This document shows positions 56,525-64,000 of a stretch of DNA of 64,000 nt, piece by piece. This stretch comes from Verrucomicrobiota bacterium (GTDB taxonomy: Bacteria; Verrucomicrobiota; Kiritimatiellia; UBA8416; JABMPJ01): contig JABGQM010000013.1 in the NCBI GenBank assembly GCA_018648805.1, forward strand, positions 20,067-84,066. The letters are read 5' to 3'. The position numbers and the translations under genes are program-made. The notes below the pieces were generated by a model that ran no database searches, was not told where the DNA came from, and saw only the letters and a list, made by a program, of their open reading frames with translations. The stretch's first letter is position 1. Each line of letters starts with the position of its first letter.

Positions 56525-56873
56525 CTCGCAACCGTAGCGGACCCCCGCCAGATATTCAACTCACGGCTGCACCTTTCTCGATCTTCGCGGGTGCGCGTAC
56601 AGCGGAAGCGCCACAAAGATGACAATGGTGGTTGCTATCCGCTCCACCCCCCTCCATAATTCTTTGCTTGGTCGCTTCCGGCCGACACCGATCCGCACAC
56701 GTGTCATCGTGCCGTATTGGACAATAGGCGTCTCGTCCGACCTCTTCCTCGGCGCAAGAGAATTGCGGGATGATTCGCCGTTGTGACTCGGGAGCTGTTA
56801 TCGGAACCGCGCGGTGCGAGGCAGGTCGTTTTACGCGCTGTGTTGCGACAACGCACTAACCAGAAGGATTGAC

Positions 56874-57026
56874 ATGGCAAAGAACACGAATACTTTTGAG
56901 AAGCGACGCAAGGAAGTGGAAAAGAAGCGCAAGGCTGATGAGAAGCGCGAGCGGCGGCACGCCCGCAGGCAGAGAGGCAGTGAACCGGAAGAGGCGGCGG
57001 CTCCGCCAGAGCCCGACGTCGAGTAG
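56874..57026 (+). CDS. Small (50 aa) highly basic K/R/E-rich protein
   Basis: MAKNTNTFEKRRKEVEKKRKADEKRERRHARRQRGSEPEEAAAPPEPDVE. AAGGAT RBS-like sequence 5 nt upstream. Lies in a locally lower-GC islet. A hairpin cttcgc-tgtcag-gcgaag follows the stop. Confidence 0.45.
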   Translation: MAKNTNTFEKRRKEVEKKRKADEKRERRHARRQRGSEPEEAAAPPEPDVE

Positions 57027-57127
57027 CGTACCCTTCGCTGTCAGGCGAAGCGCTTGCCAATCCTCTTCCCCGTCTCTTCCCCACGGGGTACTGCATCTGA
57101 CTGGATGAGATAATAGGTCTATTTGAG

Positions 57128-57316
57128 ATGAAATCAGAACCAACAGAAGCACGACTGCGGAAGATTGAAGAACAGAAAGCCGTCTGGACTGCGATTACTC
57201 AGCAATGGGACAATCTGGGTCCCTATGATGCGGTCCCATCCTTCACAAAACTGCACGCCGAGAAGATGCTTCAGAAACTGCATGATGAAGTCCATCATGG
57301 GGTCGATGAGGTCTGA
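57128..57316 (+). CDS. Small hypothetical protein (62 aa)
   Basis: MKSEPTEARLRKIEEQKAVWTAITQQWDNLGPYDAVPSFTKLHAEKMLQKLHDEVHHGVDEV. Non-repetitive, coding-like composition in the same low-GC islet. Confidence 0.4.
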   Translation: MKSEPTEARLRKIEEQKAVWTAITQQWDNLGPYDAVPSFTKLHAEKMLQKLHDEVHHGVDEV

Positions 57317-57366
57317 TCACGATCCTGATAGCCGCCCTGCCCTTTGCAGGCCGTAGCCTCTTCCCT

Positions 57367-58329
57367 TTAGTGCCGAGCATGCTGCACGGCTAGCGCGCTC
57401 TCCGCGGGCAAGCATCTCTTGACCGCTACGCCGTCTCTCACGCACTGGAGGAAGTAGACAAGCTCGGCCCGGTGTCCGCCCATCTCTCCGGACAGATCCA
57501 CAACGTCCTTGCCGTCCCGGGCTATAACCGTCAGCTTTCCCGCCTCGTAGACGAGCGTGCCCTTCTCAAGAACAATACGGAAACCCGCTGCGAACCCGGA
57601 TCCGGCGTCCCAGGATGCCTCTATTTGCACTTCAGGACCATCGTCATAGCTCCACTGACTGAGAACACTCGATGCCCCAGGCTGGGCATCCAGAGAGCGC
57701 GACGTTATTTTGTCAGGTTTACCCCACCACCACAGCGCAGCATCTATATCATGAATATGCAGGTCCAGGTTGACGCCGCCACTTCGCTCTGTCTCTGCAA
57801 ACCAGCCGCCCGGACTGCCGCCATGGCGATGCATCGTCGCCGTCAGAACCCGACCGTACGTGCCCGATCGCATCATCTCGTCTGCGGCAACGTATTCGGC
57901 GTAGAAGCGCAGGCACTGGCCGACCATAAGCGTACGACCGTTCGCCTTGGACGCGTCTATCATGCGCCCGCAATCCTGCTCATTGAGTGCCATGGGCTTC
58001 TCGGTGAAGACGTGTTTACCACTCTCCATAGCCAGAATGGCAGCCGCCGCATGCAAGTCACTCGGCGTCGCAATCACCACCACATCAAGCGCGTCATCCT
58101 CGCAAAGAGGTCGATAATCATCATAGGAGCGGACATCTGAGGCCGCGGCGCTTTCGTCCGCACCCAGATTGAGGTTCAAATCTTCCGTCTTAAGATTCTT
58201 CCCCAACCGCTTCTCTTCAATCGGATCAGCCAACGCATCAACCGAGACTAGATCCGGCACCGAAAGCAGACTGCTTACATGCAGCTTACCCAGATTCCCA
58301 ACACCCGCAACACCTGCTCGCAACATCAC
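57367..58329 (-). CDS. Gfo/Idh/MocA-family NAD(P)-dependent oxidoreductase
   Basis: N-terminal Rossmann MMLRAGVAGVGNLGKLHV and the Gfo/Idh/MocA core HVFTEKPMALNEQDCGRMIDAS (EKP motif). Confidence 0.8.
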   Translation of the reverse strand: MMLRAGVAGVGNLGKLHVSSLLSVPDLVSVDALADPIEEKRLGKNLKTEDLNLNLGADESAAASDVRSYDDYRPLCEDDALDVVVIATPSDLHAAAAILAMESGKHVFTEKPMALNEQDCGRMIDASKANGRTLMVGQCLRFYAEYVAADEMMRSGTYGRVLTATMHRHGGSPGGWFAETERSGGVNLDLHIHDIDAALWWWGKPDKITSRSLDAQPGASSVLSQWSYDDGPEVQIEASWDAGSGFAAGFRIVLEKGTLVYEAGKLTVIARDGKDVVDLSGEMGGHRAELVYFLQCVRDGVAVKRCLPAESALAVQHARH

Positions 58330-58343
58330 TCACATCCTTTCGA

Positions 58344-59168
58344 TTAGCGCAGCGGTTCCAGCATAGCGATGCACTCACGAAGATCAGCGATCTCGTCAGC
58401 GGCATCCCCGCATTCACGCTCCAATGTCAATGGGCCAGTGTACCCCAACTCCTTCAGCCTGCTCACCACCGCCTTGAAATCGACCTTGCCCTTACCGAGC
58501 GGCACCTGCTTGCCCAGGTGGTCGCCCGTTGTCGGATAGAACCCGTCCTTGAGGTGGAGGTCCTTCACATACGAGCCGAACACATCAAGGGAATCAACGG
58601 GATTGCCCTTCCCGTAGAGTATGACATTCGCCGTATCAAGATTGATGCCCATATTGTCCAGGCCTATGCGTTCGATCGTTCGCAGAAGCGTCACCGGCGT
58701 CTCCTGACCGGTTTCAAACCAGAACTCAATGCCGAGTTCATCGCAATGGCTCACAACGTCCTTCAATGCGTCAACGGTTCCTCCATAGAGCGGATCATTC
58801 GGATCCTCTGGCAAAAAGCCGACATGTGTTGTGATCGAGGGCAGACCATGCTTAGCCGCCCAGGTTGCCGCCTCCTTCAACTCGCCTACACGCGTATCCC
58901 TATACTTCTCAGGCACCAATCCTATCGTGGACGGCCCTTCAAGAAAGTTCCAGACAGCCGGGCCGGAATAGCCCGCCCAAAACGTCGACACACCCACGTC
59001 GTGGGTTGCGCAGGCCGCCGTGAGCTTCTCGCCCGTGCTGTCCGTGCAGAGAGCGATGTTCCATGTGCATATCTGACAACTTTTCAGTCCCAAATCCGCG
59101 ACCTTTTTGATTTCCGGGTCAGGCTCAGCCTTAAGCCCTACCAGCACTCCCACATCAAGCTTAGACAT
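58344..59168 (-). CDS. Sugar phosphate isomerase/epimerase (xylose-isomerase-like TIM barrel)
   Basis: TIM-barrel blocks TTHVGFLPEDPND, IEFWFETGQE, GINLDTANV. Probable start MSKLDVGVLVGL. Confidence 0.7.
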   Translation of the reverse strand: MSKLDVGVLVGLKAEPDPEIKKVADLGLKSCQICTWNIALCTDSTGEKLTAACATHDVGVSTFWAGYSGPAVWNFLEGPSTIGLVPEKYRDTRVGELKEAATWAAKHGLPSITTHVGFLPEDPNDPLYGGTVDALKDVVSHCDELGIEFWFETGQETPVTLLRTIERIGLDNMGINLDTANVILYGKGNPVDSLDVFGSYVKDLHLKDGFYPTTGDHLGKQVPLGKGKVDFKAVVSRLKELGYTGPLTLERECGDAADEIADLRECIAMLEPLR

Positions 59169-59297
59169 ATCTACTGTTCCTATCCTCTTAGGTTTGCCGC
59201 CAATCATAACTCAATGGCTATACTGATACTCTATAAAAACAGGGACTTCAGAAGAATCCGTGCGCCTGATCCCGTCTTGCACCTTTTCGGATAAGCT

Positions 59298-60188
59298 CTA
59301 ACCCGACGGCTCAGTGATCGAAAACAGTGAATTGGTCCTGGCCCTGCGCCCCTGCATATCTTCGATCTCCAGGTAGGCATACTGCCAGTCCTTTGGGACC
59401 TCTACGCTGAGGGACTCGATGGGCGCACTGTCGAAATCACCGACTCTTGTGCCTCGCGAAGCCGGCCCCACCAATCTGGCGAATTTTATGGGAGAGGTCT
59501 CGGCATGCAACAGCTCACCATCGAAAGAGAGTGAGTTTATCTGCGGGCCGCAACTGGAATAGAAATTGCCGCGACGAATAGCGGGTATGAGCTCATCGGC
59601 CGTACAATCCGGGGCGTTGACCACGATCCAGCCACCGTTCCAGCCCATATGTTCGGGCTTCAGGTGGGCGTCATCGACGGCCAGCGCCAGCGTATTCGGA
59701 TCTTGCATGAGTGCCGCATCCCAATGAATCATCCCGCAGCTCTTGCCATTCAGCCAGTGACAGACGTGGTTGTATACTTCCACGCCGTCGAACTGCCACC
59801 GCAGGCAATCATCAAGTGAATTGCCGCTCCAATGAGGGTGCGCAAGGATCAGTAGTGCGCCTTGTTCTCGCGCCGATTTCAGTCCTGCCTCCAGTCCGTC
59901 CTCACGGGAAATCCCATCCACCTTCCCCAGGCAGACCACGTGAAAATAGGATCCTTTCGCATCGTGACCGTCAAGTTCCACCCCGTCGAGCCATAGCAGG
60001 GGGAAAGACGCCGGATCAGAAGCGACATCCGACGTCACCCAGTGGTCAGTGCGGAAAAGGAAATCATAGTCGGCTGAGGCATATAGCTCCGCCAATTCGT
60101 CAAAGGTCTTGCCTCCGTCGGAGGCCGTACTGTGCAGGTGGGTGTTGCCTTTGAACCAGCGTCCTGATGTATCATAACGGAATGTCAT
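59298..60188 (-). CDS. PHP-domain (CehA/McbA-like) metal-dependent phosphoesterase
   Basis: GNTHLHSTASDG PHP motif 1, LAHPHW, and later His/Asp blocks. Confidence 0.7.
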   Translation of the reverse strand: MTFRYDTSGRWFKGNTHLHSTASDGGKTFDELAELYASADYDFLFRTDHWVTSDVASDPASFPLLWLDGVELDGHDAKGSYFHVVCLGKVDGISREDGLEAGLKSAREQGALLILAHPHWSGNSLDDCLRWQFDGVEVYNHVCHWLNGKSCGMIHWDAALMQDPNTLALAVDDAHLKPEHMGWNGGWIVVNAPDCTADELIPAIRRGNFYSSCGPQINSLSFDGELLHAETSPIKFARLVGPASRGTRVGDFDSAPIESLSVEVPKDWQYAYLEIEDMQGRRARTNSLFSITEPSG

Positions 60189-60386
60189 ATGTTCCTATCT
60201 CCTCGTGTCATGTTGCGGCCGGACTCAGAAATGCAGGACACAACCGCAAGCAGGTCGTCGCGCGCAAATGGTCCGGAACTATCCATGTGTCTCAGATCAC
60301 AGTCGAATCGTAGTCTTCATGTGCCCGTCTATGCAGCTCTAATTTACAGTGGAATGCAAAACAGGCGATCACAAGGCGCCGCTACA

Positions 60387-61874
60387 TCACCCCATCACAT
60401 CCACAATCGTCAGCGAATGTGGCGGCAGTGACACGACACCGTCGATACCACTCACCTCGACCTCTTGGGGCGCCACCCGCTCCGGATGCTCGATATCGTT
60501 GAAAGCGTCCGGTGAATCACCGGCAAGCACTGTCGCCTTGAAGCGGCCGTTCAACGAGTGCTCAGGTAGCGTCACCGTGCAGTCCACGGTCGCTGAAGGA
60601 TGACGGTTGATCAGCGCGATCGAGCAGCGCCCCCCTGCCCCGTCCACCGTGACGATCGCATCCACGGTCGCCACCGAGTTGCCGGCGTGGGTCAAGGTCT
60701 CCGCCTGCACCTCCGCCTCTACCACGCACTCCTGCAGCAGGTTGGCGTACATCGCCATCGCGTGGAAGCTGGTGCGCTTGACAATGCCGTCCGGATGCAC
60801 AAACAGCGGCCCGCGCGTATTCACCAGTGGCGCAACATTGGCCATAGTCACATGCTCACAATGCCGCAGACAGGCATTCAGAAACGAGGCCGAGAACAGC
60901 GCATCGGCCATGGTGTATTGTCCGGCAAAATCATTTTCGCGTACCCGCTGTTCAACCAGCGCCCGTACCTCCTGATCATCGTAGTCCTCAACAGAATCCC
61001 GCGGAAACCCCGGATGCTGCCAGGCGCGCAGGTTCCACTCATCAAAGGAGATCTTGAGTCGCGCCAGTTGTCCTGCCTCACGAAGCGCTTCAATGGTGTC
61101 GCTGATATAGCGATCAGGCATCTCCGCTTTCATCACAGCATCCAGGTAGCTGTACCGAAGCAGCGTGCGCCCTCGGTCCAGCCAGTAATTATGTATGGAC
61201 ACCAAGTCGAGCGCTTCACCGGCCTCTTCGAACAGGTAATCGTTGATCACCGCTCGATGGCCCCCATGTGAAGCCGAGGCCATAACCTTGAGAGCCGGGT
61301 CAAACGCCTTCATACCTTTCGCGGTGTCTCGCACACGGTCAATGTAGTCCCGATCGCTTCGTTCGTTCCCTACGCTCCAGAACGTCACGTTCAGCGGCTC
61401 CGGATACCCATTAGCCTTGCGCAGTTCTGCCATCGGCCCTTCGGTCGCATTGCAGTAGAGGACCCAGTCTATGCTTTCCTGAGGATCGCACACACCGTTG
61501 AGGCAAATATAGGGCTCTGCACCCATGCGCCGGCAGAGCTCAACAAACTCGTGCGTCCCGAACCTGTTGGGCTCAATGACACCCCAGCGACAATCACCAT
61601 AGGGTTCGCGATTCGGCCCGACACCTTTCTGCCAGTGATACGCATCCACAAAACAACCGCCCGGCCAGCGAATCACCGGCACCTTCAGCCCCTTCAACGC
61701 CTCAATGACATCGAGCCGGAAACCCCGTTCATCTGCCAGCGGTGAACCGGGATCATAGACCCCACCATAGATTTGGCTGTCGAAATGCTCGAGAAACCCG
61801 CCAAAGATCATAGGATCGTAGGCTAGGGGTTGGGGGTCCGCTGAAATGACTAAGTTGGCTACTTGTTTGTTCAT
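60387..61874 (-). CDS. GH51 alpha-L-arabinofuranosidase
   Basis: YDPMIFGGFLEH...IYGG, RWPGGCFVDAYHW, FWSVGNE (acid/base), ISFDEWN (nucleophile region), plus the C-terminal beta-sandwich. Probable start MNKQVANLV. Confidence 0.8.
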   Translation of the reverse strand: MNKQVANLVISADPQPLAYDPMIFGGFLEHFDSQIYGGVYDPGSPLADERGFRLDVIEALKGLKVPVIRWPGGCFVDAYHWQKGVGPNREPYGDCRWGVIEPNRFGTHEFVELCRRMGAEPYICLNGVCDPQESIDWVLYCNATEGPMAELRKANGYPEPLNVTFWSVGNERSDRDYIDRVRDTAKGMKAFDPALKVMASASHGGHRAVINDYLFEEAGEALDLVSIHNYWLDRGRTLLRYSYLDAVMKAEMPDRYISDTIEALREAGQLARLKISFDEWNLRAWQHPGFPRDSVEDYDDQEVRALVEQRVRENDFAGQYTMADALFSASFLNACLRHCEHVTMANVAPLVNTRGPLFVHPDGIVKRTSFHAMAMYANLLQECVVEAEVQAETLTHAGNSVATVDAIVTVDGAGGRCSIALINRHPSATVDCTVTLPEHSLNGRFKATVLAGDSPDAFNDIEHPERVAPQEVEVSGIDGVVSLPPHSLTIVDVMG

Positions 61875-61881
61875 AGGGGCA

Positions 61882-62868
61882 TTATCCATTCTTTGTGCAC
61901 AGGCAAGCAGTGGGGTCATTGACGACATTGACACTCTCGCCGCTGAGAAAGGCCTTCAGGTTACCGATGGCTGTGTCCATCAGACGCTCGCGCGCTCCAT
62001 GGGTGGCCCAGGCAATATGAGGCGTGATAAAGCAGTTCTTTGCCGTCAGCAACCGACAGTCGGGAGACGGAGGTTCCTCGGCCAAGACATCGAGCCCGGC
62101 TCCTGCGATGTCGCCCCGGTTAAGCGCATCCGCCAATGCCGACTCATCAATCAGCGGGCCCCGCCCGGTGTTGACAAGAAAGGCGCTGCGCTTCATCCGC
62201 CCAAGCCATCCTGCATTGACGAATCCCTTGTTCTGTTCGGTCAGTGGACAGTGCAGGCTCACCACATCGCTCTCTTCAAGCACCTGTCCGAGATCTGCCA
62301 GGACCACGCCCTCGGGCAGACGCGACGGAACCGAACGACTGTGCGCCAGAACACGCATTCCGAATGCCACAGCAGCCGTTGCGACGGCGGAACCGATCTT
62401 CCCCAGTCCGACGATCCCCAGGGTCTTGCCCTGAAGCTCGACCAGTGGATACTCCCAGAAACAGAAATCCTTTGACCGACACCACGTCCCCTCGCGAACG
62501 CTCGCGCTGTGCTCAGCTACGTGATTGTAGTGGTTCAACACATGCGCAAACACCATCTGAACCACAGATCCCGTCCCATACTCGGGAACATTCGTCACCG
62601 GGATTCCGCGTCGCGCCGCGGCATCGGTGTCGACGACATTGTAGCCCGTGGCCAGGACGCCGATATATTTCAAGCTGGGCAGTTGGGCCATAGTGCCATC
62701 ATCCAGAACGGTCTTGTTTGTGAGGAGAACATCCGCGCCTTGTGAACGGGTAAGGATCTCGTCTGCTGATGTTCTTTCATGGATCTCACAATCTCCCAGA
62801 GCACGGAGATCGTCCCATGACAGGTCTCCGGGATTAAGGGTGTGTCCGTCGAGTACTACCAGTCGCAT
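61882..62868 (-). CDS. D-isomer-specific 2-hydroxyacid dehydrogenase (glycerate/hydroxypyruvate reductase type)
   Basis: NAD-binding block GKTLGIVGLGKIGSAVA and catalytic-region blocks SLHCPLT, RGPLID. Confidence 0.85.
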   Translation of the reverse strand: MRLVVLDGHTLNPGDLSWDDLRALGDCEIHERTSADEILTRSQGADVLLTNKTVLDDGTMAQLPSLKYIGVLATGYNVVDTDAAARRGIPVTNVPEYGTGSVVQMVFAHVLNHYNHVAEHSASVREGTWCRSKDFCFWEYPLVELQGKTLGIVGLGKIGSAVATAAVAFGMRVLAHSRSVPSRLPEGVVLADLGQVLEESDVVSLHCPLTEQNKGFVNAGWLGRMKRSAFLVNTGRGPLIDESALADALNRGDIAGAGLDVLAEEPPSPDCRLLTAKNCFITPHIAWATHGARERLMDTAIGNLKAFLSGESVNVVNDPTACLCTKNG

Positions 62869-62983
62869 ATCTATCTCCCTACCTGATCGCCGTGTCGATC
62901 AGCTTGTCTATCTCGGTCCAGTCATCAACCTCTACCATCATATCGTTGCCGGACATCCGCCGGTTCTATGAGCTTCGACGCCG

Positions 62984-63256
62984 CTACTTCCGCAGAATGG
63001 CAACCAACAAGAGTATTTGCATCAGAGAGGCGATGCCGTTGGTAAGCCATAGTGCAGGCCGTTTGAAGCGTAGACCATAGACCGTCCAGTAGGCAAAGAT
63101 GAAGAAGAAACCGAAGGCATAGGCACTCGACACGGTCGATGGCACATGGGTTGTGAATTCAGCATGAACCTGCGCGGCAATGCTCACAGACGCAAGCAGG
63201 CCAAAGCCTGTGCCTGCGATCTCGAAGTAGTTATCTGGAATCCTCTGCAGTATCAT
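62984..63256 (-). CDS. SemiSWEET-like (PQ-loop / MtN3 family) 3-TM sugar transporter
   Basis: 90 aa with three hydrophobic segments. The pattern IAGTGFGLLASVSIAAQV...FGFFFIFAYWTVYGL..RPALWLTNGIASL parallels bacterial SemiSWEETs (IGyvAa.lTt.SflPQv...W.vYGil). Confidence 0.45.
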   Translation of the reverse strand: MILQRIPDNYFEIAGTGFGLLASVSIAAQVHAEFTTHVPSTVSSAYAFGFFFIFAYWTVYGLRFKRPALWLTNGIASLMQILLLVAILRK

Positions 63257-63565
63257 TCCCCTAATCCCTCCCCTTGGTAGGGCTAGTATCGACCCAGTTA
63301 TCAGGTCTTTCTAAAACCATGGTGGATCTGGCTCTGGCGGTCTCGTGGCTGTCACCCTCTCCTCGAGCGCACGCGTCTCTTCCTACTGAGCTTTACACGC
63401 AGCTGCACGTCACCGGGATCCCAGTCACGCAGTACCAGCTGAGGCGGGCGACGGGGCGGGCGACGGCGGGCGACGGTCCCCGTCTGTAACTCATTCATAT
63501 TGGATATGTTGCACGTACTTTATGGCTGATTTTAGACCTTAGAGCCGACGTTCCGCGGGTCAGCG

Positions 63566-63949
63566 TCACGCTTTCTGGTCACGGTTGTTTTCGGCCTTTT
63601 TGTGCTGCAATATCAGGTCAAATGCCTGCTCCGACACGGCCATCATGCTGTCGACGATCTGCTTGAGCTCCTGCCGGTTGGCTATCCACTCCTCAAGCAC
63701 CTGCGCTTCGTCGACAGAGAGTTTTCTTGATAGGGTCTTGCCAGCCTTCTTCGTGCTCCAATAGGTGTAGGGGCCGTGCCGAGCGTCGGGATCTTTTCGG
63801 CAAGCGCACCGGGGATTGCCACATTTCAGATAGCGGTGGTTGATGCTTCCCGCCCACAGAAAGCCTATTTTGGACAGGCTATCGGCCAGAGCCCGGTGCT
63901 CCTTCTCGTAATCGGCCAGAGCTTTTGATGATGTTGTTTTCTGTGACAT
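63566..63949 (-). CDS. Small Cys4 zinc-ribbon protein (DUF6788-like)
   Basis: KCGNPRCACRKDPDARHGPYTYWSTKKAGKTLS block (C-x4-C-x-C...H). 127 aa. The family name is from memory of similar motifs; low certainty. Confidence 0.45.
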   Translation of the reverse strand: MSQKTTSSKALADYEKEHRALADSLSKIGFLWAGSINHRYLKCGNPRCACRKDPDARHGPYTYWSTKKAGKTLSRKLSVDEAQVLEEWIANRQELKQIVDSMMAVSEQAFDLILQHKKAENNRDQKA

Positions 63950-64000
63950 GGGTTCTTGCTTTATTGTCTGACCGTACTATACTGTAGGTTATGGATGATG

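Noticed and set aside
63444-63476. GC-rich tandem (GCGGGCGACGG x3) about 190 bp upstream of the SemiSWEET-like gene
   Set aside because: Short, simple GC-rich triplication inside a spurious + ORF. No second copy or associated structure seen, so probably neutral.

Overview
This is a high-GC (about 62-65%) chromosomal segment from a Planctomycetes-Verrucomicrobia-like organism. Almost every gene is on the minus strand. The large + strand ORFs in the track are antisense shadows of minus-strand genes. Four things dominate the window. (1) A dispersed ~73-bp palindromic REP-like element family with at least 10 copies, in a window that also carries a REP-associated tyrosine transposase (RAYT) gene. 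That RAYT has an unusual in-frame repeat insertion and a C-terminal DprA/SLOG-like domain. Several REP copies are read through in-frame inside long ORFs. (2) A long co-directional Bat-like MoxR operon (40171 to 22203): AAA ATPase, DUF58, BatA, a membrane vWA protein, a giant coiled-coil membrane protein and a squalene-cyclase-repeat protein. Two paralogous module types are interleaved with it: Cys-less double thioredoxin-like (TlpA-like) secreted proteins A/B, and transglutaminase-like C/H/D proteins C/D. A four-copy operator-like motif array and short non-triplet tandem repeats sit at 5' ends within this operon. (3) Glycan-degradation genes: two GH95 fucosidases, GH51, GH4, a GH99-like protein, a sialate-O-acetylesterase-like esterase, a sulfatase, an M28 peptidase, and a sugar ABC importer with a fused substrate-binding protein and permease. 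(4) Three paralogous secreted PDZ-domain proteins. The left edge carries a 3'-truncated non-pyrrolysine MttB-family methyltransferase. All assignments are motif-level readings by eye without database searches. Coordinates of repeats and revised starts are approximate to within a few nt. Near 7260-7321 the displayed sequence and the ORF-track translations disagree by small indels.
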